In this document: positions 52,151-64,000 of the stretch, piece by piece
Layout: each line of letters starts with the position of its first letter
How positions within the stretch are numbered: the first letter of the stretch is position 1
Assembly: GCA_032718475.1 (NCBI GenBank)
Contig: JAUCBJ010004493.1
Coordinates: 49,450-113,449, forward strand
Length of the DNA: 64,000 nt
Origin: Nemertoderma westbladi
Taxonomy: Eukaryota; Animalia; Xenacoelomorpha
Direction of reading: 5' to 3'
The notes under the pieces: generated by a model
The model's input: the letters and a program-made list of their open reading frames with translations, nothing else
What the model was told of the DNA's origin: nothing
The model's database searches: none
Position numbers and translations under genes: made by a program

Positions 52151-52858
52151 CACCCCCCCCCCCCCCCATGATTTTTCTACAAATCTTTATAATATTGCTT
52201 GAAATTTGAAACACAACTAGTTCCATTCATCGTCGTTGACCCCATGAAGACGGAATTTTCGATTTTGCCTTTAAATTTTTTTTATAGGCGTTTTAAAAAA
52301 GTGTCTTTTGCGAAATCGTACCCTCCGTATCGTGGCCATTCTTCACATTATTAGTCGTAATTTATTCATATCATTTGAAAATCAATAGAGATATTGGATA
52401 GGAATACCGCTGTTGCCCACCAACTATAAAAATACCACGTTCTAGAATTTTGTATAATTATTAAATAGAATAAATGGCGTACAGCGAATGATCGTTCTTG
52501 CAATCTTTGAACGCCTATATCGCAGCTGTTTCTTAACCAAATTCAGATATTTTTACATGTTTCGAATCCTTGCAACGCAAGCTTTCTAATTATTATTATT
52601 ATTCTTTAATAATTCTTATTACGACTAATGTGAAGAATGGCCACGATACGGAGGGTACGATTTCCCAAGAGACACTTTTTTAAAACGCCTATTATAAAAA
52701 TTTAAAGGCAAAATCGAAAATTCCGTCTTCATGGGGTCAACGACGGTGAATGGAACTAGTGGTGTTTCAAATTTCAAGCAATATGATAAAGATTTGTAGA
52801 AAAATCTGGGGGGGGGTCCATGTCATCAGAAAATGACACTATATTACGGGTCATGGTG
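52151..52858. mobile_element. MITE of the CACCATGACCC family, left end truncated
   Basis: Inverted arms homologous to 44423-45318; right end GGGTCATGGTG|TA. Confidence 0.85.
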
Positions 52859-52928
52859 TATTGCAGGTTTATTGCAAGTTTATTGAAAAAGACATTTGTT
52901 ACAAAACATTTGTGATCAAATATTTTAT

Positions 52929-53582
52929 CTATTTTCTCTTTCTGAAGTTTCGAACAAGAAACACACTTGCTCCAGCTGCTGCAAGTGCCGCGATCAAAGC
53001 GGCAAATTGAATGAGCTTACATTTTGTTGCTATTCTTTCATTTTCTTGTAGTTTCTCTCTGTTACGTTTTCTTATTAAATAATCAGAAACGTTGGATTTG
53101 AACCCATCATACCAACCACCGTTATTTTCGATCCATTCTCCACAGATATCATCTATACAATCCGACACGTTCGATATCACAAACTCAATCTGTTCTTTGT
53201 CTGACAAAGCCAAAGATAGACGGGCACCGAATTCTATAAAAGCAACTATTCTTCCCCAGTTTGTATGAGACAGCCATCCTGAATGGCTGATATCTCTTAA
53301 CCTGGTCTTGATATCAATGACTGTCTCTCCTTCCTGTAGTAGTTTAATTTCTTTAATAAATTTCTCAAAAGTTCTAAAAATTTCAAATCCACACGCTTGA
53401 TTGTATTTTGCGAAATTTGAATCTCCCGCCATTCGCAAAGCTCGCATTACTACTATGTGACATTGTATAGGGAACCGAATTTGTTGATATATCTCTGGGA
53501 CATAAAAGCCCTTTCCATATTTCCGTAGCGTGAAGGCAATATAATCCCCAACGATATCTTGTGTAAGTATTGGTTCTTCCAT
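52929..53582 (-). CDS. BCL2-like: Bcl-2 family apoptosis regulator (BH4-BH3-BH1-BH2-TM), single coding exon, 217 aa
   Basis: TQDIVGDYIAFTLRKYG (BH4-like), ALRMAGD (BH3), TNWGRIVAFIEFG (BH1), WIENNGGW (BH2), hydrophobic tail followed by RKRK. Two AATAAA signals 45-60 nt after the stop. Confidence 0.9.
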   Translation of the reverse strand: MEEPILTQDIVGDYIAFTLRKYGKGFYVPEIYQQIRFPIQCHIVVMRALRMAGDSNFAKYNQACGFEIFRTFEKFIKEIKLLQEGETVIDIKTRLRDISHSGWLSHTNWGRIVAFIEFGARLSLALSDKEQIEFVISNVSDCIDDICGEWIENNGGWYDGFKSNVSDYLIRKRNREKLQENERIATKCKLIQFAALIAALAAAGASVFLVRNFRKRK

Positions 53583-53796
53583 ATTTTAGGATTTGGCGCC
53601 AGAGCGCCCCCACCACCCCTCAAATTTCTTATAAACTAATAAACTAAAAAAAATGGACCTATCATCACCTATACTAGAACAATGGAAAACTAATGATTAA
53701 AATGTGTTCTGGAAGTCTTTTTTTAAGTTGTTGATTAATTTTAAGCGTTCCCATCAATAGGACGTAACGCTGCAAAGTTGCACTTTTCAACCTTAC

Positions 53797-54110
53797 TAAC
53801 TATTTACATAGTTGTCTGTAAAGTAAAGTACCATTTTACAGTGTGATGATCCGAGTGGCTTTGTTACACGAACGAACGTTAATGAGTGAGTGAAAATAAA
53901 GCCACGAGGATCAGAACACTGTAAAGTACTTTGCAACAAGTATGTATGTAGTTTCATTCCAAAATTTTAACATTACGAAATGATTGTATATATATTATAA
54001 GTGATAGAAACTGCACAAATTAAATTAGTTGCTGTATAAATAAATGTAAAAATGAAATAAATTATGTAATAAAAAAGTTAGCTTATATTTATGGTGACGT
54101 GTGGAGCCAT
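53797..54110. mobile_element. Partial copy of the 40969-41450 MITE family
   Basis: Matches the reverse complement of 41450-41150. Confidence 0.8.
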
Positions 54111-54212
54111 GTCATAATAATATAGCTAGGCCCAACTGGTTATTAATAACTATACCCCGTCTACCGGTAGGTAATGCAGTAGGCCTATGTGCCTGTCAGG
54201 CAAATTTCCACC

Positions 54213-54303
54213 TATTGTTTACGTGGTATCCAATGACGGCGTTAAGTAATGTCCCCTTAGTGGACATTACTTAACGCCATCATGGGTTACCACGTAAACA
54301 ATA
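54213..54303. repeat. Hairpin palindrome, about 42-bp arms (duplicate at 58764-58857)
   Basis: TATTGTTTACGTGG..GGCGTTAAGTAATGTCC / GGACATTACTTAACGCC..CCACGTAAACAATA. Confidence 0.85.
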
Positions 54304-55339
54304 ACACCAAATACAATACTAAATGTACAGGCCAATACAATGGTGTAATGTCCTCTAAAGTTGTAAAGTGCTAAATAACAACTCGCTGTTAATACTAACG
54401 GCGTTGAATAATGTTACAATTTTGGAATAATAACTGTTTACATCATTGTGTGCAAAGTAGCCCTTTGTAGCGTTATAACCCGAGTGTATTTATCAATTTA
54501 TGTACCGAGCGAGAGCAGTGAGGGAAGTTTACATAAATAAACAAGGGTCCACCACTTACGTCGTTTTATTTATTGAAGGCCTAAGTCTTCTCTCACTTTT
54601 ATCTGGGCCTATTTCAGCATAAATATCGTCCCTCGAAGCTTCTTCCATGGTGAAATACGGGCATTACTACACCTTGGGTACCCACAGTTCGTATGAATAT
54701 TATTTGTTCATTTGAAAAAGGCTTTTATCATGAGGTTTTTTTGCTTCAACAAATATTTTACCTTCTGACAGTAGGATGGTATTTTTTTACAAAATATGTT
54801 CTAGAAAAAAAAGTGTTATACAGTAGAACAAAAATATTTATCAAAATTGATAACGAACACGTGTTCTATAACATTTATAAAAAAAAGTAGAAAAAAATCT
54901 AGCTATTATAACAAATAAAAAATGAGTTCTAGAACCAAAAAATGTGTTTTAGAACAAACATATTTATCAAAATTTATAGCTAACACGTGTTCTATACATT
55001 TATATTTATTTTATTTATACAAAATTAGCAAAATCTAGCTAATATAAAATATCATTGTCATGGAAATTACTTTGAAATTTAATTTTCATTTTTTGTAAAA
55101 GTTTTTGTCTTGCTTTCTTATTTGTCTCGCTACGCTCGCCAAATAATATCGCTCAACAACATAGGTCTACCTTTTTGCCACCACTTAAAGTATAATATTG
55201 TACTGGAACTTATCAAATTCAAATGGTATTGTTAGAACATCAAAGTAGATAACATGTAGGGCCTACACCTAGTATTAACTAAATTCATTTGAAATAAAGT
55301 AACATTACCTACACATATCACCCAAAATATTTACTATTA

Positions 55340-56252
55340 CACCATAACCCTTAATACAACAACCAGTTTTAGGGTGTCGGAGTCCCACCCCCCCCCCCCC
55401 CCCCTAATGTTTTTCAAATTTCAATAAAATGCTACGAAATTTGGTATGATGATAGATCGACACCTTTTCTTACTGGTGGCCTGGTCGGATTTTTTAATTT
55501 ATGAGCTATTTCGATACAAAAAAGCCGTTACAAATAGTCTATTTCGCAATATTTAGCCACCTCCGTCGGCTTTATTTTTCGTCTTTGGAATGAAATATAG
55601 ATATCATTAGAACCGTCTTCATCTGCAGATTCCGAATATGAAACCCGTTGTAAATTTCACCAAGAACTTCTGCAGATATTATCAAAATACTAAGGTGTAA
55701 ATTTTTGTGATGTAAATCGCTATAATTCTAATGTTTTATTTACTCAATTCTAGAATATTAATTATGGGTAATAAAAAAACAAGATGGAGAGTTTTAAACG
55801 CTCAGCTAAATAATAATTAATATTCTAGAATAAAGACAACAAAACATCAGAATTATAGCGATTTACGTCTCTGAATTTACACATTAGTATTTTGATAATA
55901 TCTTTACCAATTTGTGGTTAATTTTAAAACGGTTTTCAGATTCGGAATCTACAGACGAAGGCGCTTCGAATGATATCTAGATTACATTTCAAAGACGTAA
56001 AGTAAAGTCTACGTACGGAGGTAGTTAAACATTGCTAAATAGACATTTTTTAAGGGATTGTTGTATGGAAATAACTGAGAAATTGAAAAATCCGCCCATG
56101 CCACCAGTAAGAAAAGGTGTCGGTCTATCATCATACCGAATTTCGTAGCATTTTATTGAAATTTGAAAAAAATTAGGAGGGGGGGGGGGGGGGGGGGGGG
56201 GGGGGAGAGCTCCGACCCCCTAAAAATGGTTGTTGTATTAAGGGTTATGGTG
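55340..56252. mobile_element. MITE with long TIRs and TA TSD (CACCATAACCCTTAATAC subfamily)
   Basis: TA|CACCATAACCCTTAATACAACAACC ... GGTTGTTGTATTAAGGGTTATGGTG|TA; arms complementary to the centre. Confidence 0.9.
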
Positions 56253-56944
56253 TATATATTACCAAAAATAGATTCTTGATATAACCAAACATTTAGTATT
56301 CTAGAACTCTTTTGTTCTAGAATGTACAGTACCTACACTGTAGGCCTAGTGATTTCCGTTAACGGACAAGGATACGCCCATATTTTATCACAGCCAATCA
56401 ATCACGTTTATAGAAATTTAACAATCGATAGCGAATTCTAGAATTTTATATTTCTATAAAAAGCATCATGACATTGGTTTTTGACATAATAAGTAAAACA
56501 TAACTATTTACATCATTGTGTGCAATGTAGCACGGTATTAGTATAGTACGTATACAGCAAATTTGTAAGAACTTTTGTGATTTTATTGGGGTTATTGCAC
56601 CTTACCCTTATTACCCAGTGAAGTCACAGTTGCCTATGGAGTGGAGAGTGGGGGCCGGTGCGGTGGCGACATGAGATAGTTATGAGGTTTAATAATTGTG
56701 ATGGGACCATTGTGATGGGACCAGTGTATGAACATAGCTGCGGGTTAAACCCCGATCCATATCACAGAATATTTATATTTATATATCATTGTTTGTGAAT
56801 GTTTATATTTTACAGATCAGTATAATTAATTAATTTACCCCGACCGGGGTTAATCTTGGTAAATATATTTCTTTGGAAGTAAAAAAATTAAACAATATTA
56901 ATGCTAAACTTATTAATAATTGCAATTAATAATACCAAGTATAC

Positions 56945-57681
56945 CCCTCCCCCCCCCGCCCATGATTTTTCTACAAATCTTTATCATAAAAATATTGCTT
57001 GAAATTTGAAACACAACTAGTTCCATTCATCGTCGTTGACCCCATGAAGACGGAATTTTCGATTTCGCCATTAAATTTTTTTTATAGGCGTTTTAAAAAA
57101 GTGTCTTTTGCGAAATCGTACCCTCCGTATGCCGTGGCCATTCTTCACATTATTAGTCGTAATTTATTCATATCATTTGAAAATCAATAGAGATATTGGA
57201 TAGGAATACCGCTGTTGCCCACCAACTCATAAAAATACCACGTTCTAGAATTTTGTATAATTATTAAATAGAATAAATGGCGTACAGCGAATGATCGTTC
57301 TTGCAATCTTTAAACGCCTATATCGCAGCTGTTTCTCAACGAAATTCAGATATTTTTACATGTTTCGAATCCTGGCAACGCAAGCTTTCTAATTATTATT
57401 ATTATTCTTCTTATAATTCTTATTACGACTAATGTGAAGAATGGCCACGATACGGAGGGTACGACTTCCCAAGAGACTCTTTTTTAAAACGCCTATTATA
57501 CAAATTTAAAGGCAAAATCGAAAATTCCTGCTTCATGGGGTCAACGACGGTGAATGGAACTAGTGGTATTTCAAAGTTCAAGCAATATTATAAAGATTTG
57601 TAGAAAAATCTTGGGAGGGGGGGGGGGGGGGGGGGGGGGGGGGTGTCATCAGAAAATGACACCATATTACGGTTCATAGTG
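56945..57681. mobile_element. Duplicated MITE (copy of 52151-52858)
   Basis: Lies within duplication copy 2. Confidence 0.85.
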
Positions 57682-57761
57682 TATTGCAGGTTTATTGCAA
57701 GTTTATTGAAAAATACATTTGTTACAAAACATTTGAGACCAACAAGAATCAAGTATTTTAT

Positions 57762-58215
57762 CTATTTTCTCTTTCTGAAGGTATCGAACAAAAAACACAC
57801 TTGCTCCAGTTGCTGCAAGTGCCGCGATCAAAGCGGCAAATTGAATCTTTCAAGTTTCTTGTAGTTTCTCTCTGTTACGTTTTCTTATTAAATAACCAGA
57901 AACGTTGGTTTTGAACCCATCATACCAACCACCGTTATTTTCGATCCATTCTCCACAGATATCATCTATACAATCCGACACGTTCGATATCACAAACTCA
58001 ATCTGTTCTTTGTCTGACAAAGCCAAAGATAGACGGGCACCGAATTCTATAAAAGCAACTATTCTTCCCCAGTTTGTATGAGACAGCCATCCTGAATGGC
58101 TGATATCTCTTAACCTGGTCTTGATATCAATGACTGTCTCTCCTTCCTGTAGTAGTTTAATTTCTTTAATAAATTTCTCAAAAGTTCTAAAAATTTCAAA
58201 TCCACACGCTTGATT
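57762..58215 (-). pseudogene. Truncated Bcl-2-like pseudogene (duplicate of the 3' two-thirds of 52929-53582)
   Basis: Near-identical BH1-BH2 sequence. The 5' part (ATG, BH4, BH3) is replaced by unrelated DNA, and an indel gives LQET* before the TM helix. Confidence 0.88.
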
Positions 58216-58888
58216 AGGAGACTCACCATAGAAACAATTGTAACAATTGTAACTCGCGTTCTAATGAAGGGAAATTAATGATTAATAGTTCATTTAAAAG
58301 CCACATTATTCAGGATTAATAATGAATAATAAAAATGAATGAATAATAAAAAATATTTATAAAACTTATGGGAAGATATTATTTAAAGTGATCGTGTATA
58401 AAATGGCCACGTAATGGGATCGTGGATGCGGTACGGGGAGAAATACGGCACGGCGAATAGCAATTAATTGATCACTAGGATCAGAACACTAAAAGTACTT
58501 TGCAACAAGTATGTATGTAGTTTTATTCCAAAATTTTAACATTACGAAATGATTGTATATATATTATAAGTGATAGAAAAACTGCACAAATTAAAATAGT
58601 TGCTGTTAAATAAATGTAAAAATGACATAAATTATGTTATAAAAAATTTAGCTTATATTTATGGTGGAATGTGGAGCCATGTCATAATAATAAATAATAG
58701 CTATACCCCGCCTACCGGTAGGTAATGCAGTAGGCCTATCTGGTGGTCAGGCAAATTTCCACCTATTATTTACGTGGTATCCAATAATGACGGCGTTAAG
58801 TAATGTTCCCTTAGTGGACATTACTTAACACCGTCATGGGTTACCACGTAAACAATAACTCCAAATACAATAGGCCTACTAAATGTAC

Positions 58889-61800
58889 CAGATAGGGGGG
58901 GGGGGGGGGGGGGGGGGACTGGACGCAATAAAAATGCATCCCTCTCCAGGGGGAATTCGACGCAAATAACAGATGATTACTCTCAAAAATAAAACTGTAC
59001 CCTGTTCTATCATGAATTTAATTAATTGTTAATTTGTCTAGTTCGCAATCTTCAACGCACCGATGTCAACACAGCTGTTAGCCAGTAGTGCACCTGTTGC
59101 ACAATAATACAATTTAAATTTACTCCCAAAAGGATTCAATCGTTATGTAAAGCTTGAAAAGTCATGTGAAAACTATAAGTCGTTGTAGAATTTGAATAAA
59201 ACGTATTCCGAAATAGAACTTAATTTTAGACTTTGAATAAAACCTATTCCGAAATAGAACTGAATTTTAGACTTTGAATAAAACCTATTCCGAAATAGAA
59301 CTGAATTTTAGACTTTGAATAAAACGTATTCCGAAATAGAACTGAATTTTAGACTTTGAATAAAACGTATTCCGAAATAGAACTGAATTTTAGACTTTGA
59401 ATAAAACGTATTCCGAAATAGAACTGAATTTTAGACTTTGAATAAAACCTATTCCGAAATAGAACTGAATTTTAGACTTTGAATAAAACGTATTCCGAAA
59501 TAGAACTGAATTTTAGACTTTGAATAAAACGTATTCCGAAATAGAACTTAATTTTAGACTTTGAATAAAACGTATTCCGAAATAGAACTGAATTTTAGAC
59601 TTTGAATAAAACGTATTCCGAAATAGAACTGAATTTTAGACTTTGGATAAAGCGTATTCCGTAATAGAACTGAATTTTAGACTTTGAATAAAGCGTATTC
59701 CGAAATAGAACTGAATTTTAGACTTTGAATAAAACGTATTCCGAAATAGAACTGAATTTTAGACTTTGAATAAAACGTATTCCGAAATAGAACTGAATTT
59801 TAGACTTTGAATAAAACGTATTCCGAAATAGAACTGAATTTTAGACTTTGAATAAAACGTATTCCGAAATAGAACTGAATTTTAGACTTTGAATAAAACG
59901 TATTCCGAAATAGAACTGAATTTTAGACTTTGAATAAAACGTATTCCGAAATAGAACTGAATTTTAGACTTTGAATAAAACGTATTCCGAAATAGAACTG
60001 AATTTTAGACTTTGAATAAAACGTATTCCGAAATAGAACTGAATTTTAGACTTTGAATAAAACGTATTCCGAAATAGAACTGAATTTTAGACTTTGAATA
60101 AAACGTATTCCGAAATAGAACTGAATTTTAGACTTTGAATAAAACGTATTCCGAAATAGAACTGAATTTTAGACTTTGGATAAAACGTATTCCGAAATAG
60201 AACTGAATTTTAGACTTTGAATAAACGTATTCCGAAATAGAACTGAATTTTAGACTTTGAATAAAACGTATTCCGAAATAGAACTGAATTTTAGACTTTG
60301 AATAAAACGTATTCCGAAATAGAACTGAATTTTAGACTTTGAATAAAACGTATTCCGAAATAGAACTGAATTTTAGACTTTGAATAAAACGTATTCCGAA
60401 ATAGAACTGAATTTTAGACTTTGAATAAAACGTATTCCGAAATAGAACTGAATTTTAGACTTTGAATAAAACGTATTCCGAAATAGAACTGAATTTTAGA
60501 CTTTGAATAAAACGTATTCCGAAATAGAACTGAATTTTAGACTTTGAATAAAACGTATTCCGAAATAGAACTGAATTTTAGACTTTGAATAAAACGTATT
60601 CCGAAATAGAACTGAATTTTAGACTTTGAATAAAACGTATTCCGAAATAGAACTGAATTTTAGACTTTGAATAAAACGTATTCCGAAATAGAACTGAATT
60701 TTAGACTTTGAATAAAACGTATTCCGAAATAGAACTGAATTTTAGACTTTGAATAAAACGTATTCCGAAATAGAACTGAATTTTAGACTTTGAATAAAAC
60801 GTATTCCGAAATAGAACTGAATTTTAGACTTTGAATAAAACGTATTCCGAAATAGAACTGAATTTTAGACTTTGAATAAAACGTATTCCGAAATAGAACT
60901 GAATTTTAGACTTTGAATAAAACGTATTCCGAAATAGAACTGAATTTTAGACTTTGAATAAAACGTATTCCGAAATAGAACTGAATTTTAGACTTTGAAT
61001 AAAACGTATTCCGAAATAGAACTGAATTTTAGACTTTGAATAAAACGTATTCCGAAATAGAACTGAATTTTAGACTTTGAATAAAACGTATTCCGAAATA
61101 GAACTGAATTTTAGACTTTGAATAAAACGTATTCCGAAATAGAACTGAATTTTAGACTTTGAATAAAACGTATTCCGAAATAGAACTGAATTTTAGACTT
61201 TGAATAAAACGTATTCCGAAATAGAACTGAATTTTAGACTTTGAATAAAACGTATTCCGAAATAGAACTGAATTTTAGACTTTGAATAAAACGTATTCCG
61301 AAATAGAACTGAATTTTAGACTTTGAATAAAACGTATTCCGAAATAGAACTGAATTTTAGACTTTGAATAAAACGTATTCCGAAATAGAACTGAATTTTA
61401 GACTTTGAATAAAACGTATTCCGAAATAGAACTGAATTTTAGACTTTGAATAAAACGTATTCCGAAATAGAACTGAATTTTAGACTTTGAATAAAACGTA
61501 TTCCGAAATAGAACTGAATTTTAGACTTTGAATAAAACGTATTCCGAAATAGAACTGAATTTTAGACTTTGAATAAAACGTATTCCGAAATAGAACTGAA
61601 TTTTAGACTTTGAATAAAACGTATTCCGAAATAGAACTGAATTTTAGACTTTGAATAAAACGTATTCCGAAATAGAACTGAATTTTAGACTTTGAATAAA
61701 ACGTATTCCGAAATAGAACTGAATTTTAGACTTTGAATAAAACGTATTCCGAAATAGAACTGAATTTTAGACTTTGAATAAAACGTATTCCGAAATAGAA

Positions 61801-63552
61801 CTGAATTTTAGACTTTGAATAAAACGTATTCCGAAATAGAACTGAATTTTAGACTTTGAATAAAACGTATTCCGAAATAGAACTGAATTTTAGACTTTGA
61901 ATAAAACGTATTCCGAAATAGAACTGAATTTTAGACTTTGAATAAAACGTATTCCGAAATAGAACTGAATTTTAGACTTTGAATAAAACGTATTCCGAAA
62001 TAGAACTGAATTTTAGACTTTGAATAAAACGTATTCCGAAATAGAACTGAATTTTAGACTTTGAATAAAACGTATTCCGAAATAGAACTGAATTTTAGAC
62101 TTTGGATAAAACGTATTCCGAAATAGAACTGAATTTTAGACTTTGAATAAAACGTATTCCGAAATAGAACTGAATTTTAGACTTTGAATAAAACGTATTC
62201 CGAAATAGAACTGAATTTTAGACTTTGAATAAAACGTATTCCGAAATAGAACTGAATTTTAGACTTTGAATAAAACGTATTCCGAAATAGAACTGAATTT
62301 TAGACTTTGAATAAAACGTATTCCGAAATAGAACTGAATTTTAGACTTTGAATAAAACGTATTCCGAAATAGAACTGAATTTTAGACTTTGAATAAAACG
62401 TATTCCGAAATAGAACTGAATTTTAGACTTTGAATAAAACGTATTCCGAAATAGAACTGAATTTTAGACTTTGAATAAAACGTATTCCGAAATAGAACTG
62501 AATTTTAGACTTTGAATAAAACGTATTCCGAAATAGAACTGAATTTTAGACTTTGAATAAAACGTATTCCGAAATAGAACTGAATTTTAGACTTTGAATA
62601 AAACGTATTCCGAAATAGAACTGAATTTTAGACTTTGAATAAAACGTATTCCGAAATAGAACTGAATTTTAGACTTTGAATAAAACGTATTCCGAAATAG
62701 AACTGAATTTTAGACTTTGAATAAAACGTATTCCGAAATAGAACTGAATTTTAGACTTTGAATAAAACGTATTCCGAAATAGAACTGAATTTTAGACTTT
62801 GAATAAAACGTATTCCGAAATAGAACTGAATTTTAGACTTTGAATAAAACGTATTCCGAAATAGAACTGAATTGTAGAATTTGGATATAAATGTTGTAGA
62901 TCTTAGGCGATGTTTCTGTGCGTTTTTCCAAAGTCGACATTTTCCGCGGCCTACAAACTAACCCAAAGTCGGCGTAGTTTAGGCTCAGCGTGGAACAAAC
63001 AGTCAATTTTTATCAAATGTGATTTATTTTATGGTTGAGTACCTTGGACGTATTTAAAATAGTGGTGACTCAATATAAACACGTCAACGTTACCAACTTT
63101 ATGTTTTTTTCGGAGTTACATTCTTGTAACTCCTTTACTATTCTTGTTACATTCTTGGCAATAGTTTCGCCCTAGGAGATTTTTGTACCAGGATCCCGAA
63201 GTAAAAATAGTGAAGTAAATTTATTGAATATCAAATAAACAGTTCCAGCAGAACGGAAATGTTTTGGTTATATCGAAATTTTATGTCAGTAAACCATCCA
63301 GTAATCAACATCAATCCCATCCCATCTTGGCGAATTAATAACCCGCCTCAGTGTTAAATTCTCAATTTAGGGAATGGAGCAGTTTACAGAGGAACGTTAT
63401 TATAACAAAAACAATAAACTAGACACAATAGAAAAGGTTACAGTTTCAATTATGAGAGTAATCAGCTGTTATTTGCGTCGAATTTCCCCTGGAGAGGGAT
63501 GCATTTTTATTGCGTCCAGTCCCCCCCCTCCCCCCCCCCCCCCCCCTATTTG
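58889..63552. mobile_element. Putative composite non-autonomous element: inverted ends of about 120 bp enclosing the 41-bp satellite
   Basis: CAGATAG(G)nACTGGACGCAATAAAAATGCATCCCTCTCCAGGGG..CGACGCAAATAACAG at the left end; its reverse complement is at 63430-63552. Confidence 0.6.
59191..62882. repeat. Highly homogeneous satellite, 41 bp unit (TTTGAATAAAACGTATTCCGAAATAGAACTGAATTTTAGAC), about 90 copies
   Basis: Period of 41 checked on the sequence; variants are mostly at the left edge; no spacers. Confidence 0.98.
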
Positions 63553-64000
63553 CAATAGTCAGGCAATAAATGCCAGTTTAAAGTGATGTCACCCCCCCAC
63601 CCACCCCCCCCCCCCCCCCAAAAAAAAAATGTTACTTCTACAACAACAAAAAAACGAAATACCACGTTAAATCCTCCTCCACAATATATCGTTTAAAAAT
63701 AGTACGTGTTAAATAATTAATCTAACCTATATAACATAATACGCACGATGAGTTGGAAAATAAACAAACTTTCCAACTAAGGGGGCCAAATTGTCGATCA
63801 CTTCATCGACAGCTCTAGAAACAGTGCATTGGTCAATGTGGAAGGCGTGAATCGCTAGCAAGGTAGCGCAAAGCAATCATAACTTTTAATTCGGGAGCAA
63901 TCGGTGTGACGGGATCGACTCGGAGATCCTGACCGGGAAAGATTGTACGCGTCACTTGGCTGCTGGGCTAATATGTTTGGCCGAAGGCCATTGGGGAAAA

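Larger units (their letters stand above)
51816..54328. repeat. Segmental tandem duplication, copy 1 (copy 2 = 56611-58888)
   Basis: 51816-53402 matches 56611-58215 and 53907-54328 matches 58477-58888 at high identity. Confidence 0.92.

Noticed and set aside
59191-62882. Possible CRISPR array or telomere
   Set aside because: Spacerless 41-bp tandem satellite, internal to the sequence and flanked by element ends.

Overview
AT-rich, repeat-dense invertebrate (metazoan) nuclear DNA with GT-AG introns. The left half holds a multi-exon CSPG4/NG2 (kon-tiki/perdido-like) gene on + (13 coding exons traced from 12538 to the stop at 31014; 2x LamG, EGF-like, CSPG repeats, TM, C-terminal PDZ-type NYWL; the signal-peptide exon was not located). 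The right half (about 33-64 kb) is a graveyard of transposable elements: CRE, RTE, other LINE, Gypsy and Penelope fragments, plus several MITE families and satellites. Two small intact-looking genes sit inside it on the minus strand: a two-exon, very basic barrier-to-autointegration-factor (BAF) paralog, and an intronless Bcl-2-family gene with a tandemly duplicated, disabled copy. Other notable items are a minimal hammerhead ribozyme 3' of the Penelope element, a 41-bp satellite of about 90 copies bracketed by inverted element ends, and a tandemly amplified CSPG4 splice donor. All calls come from reading the sequence by eye; no searches were run.
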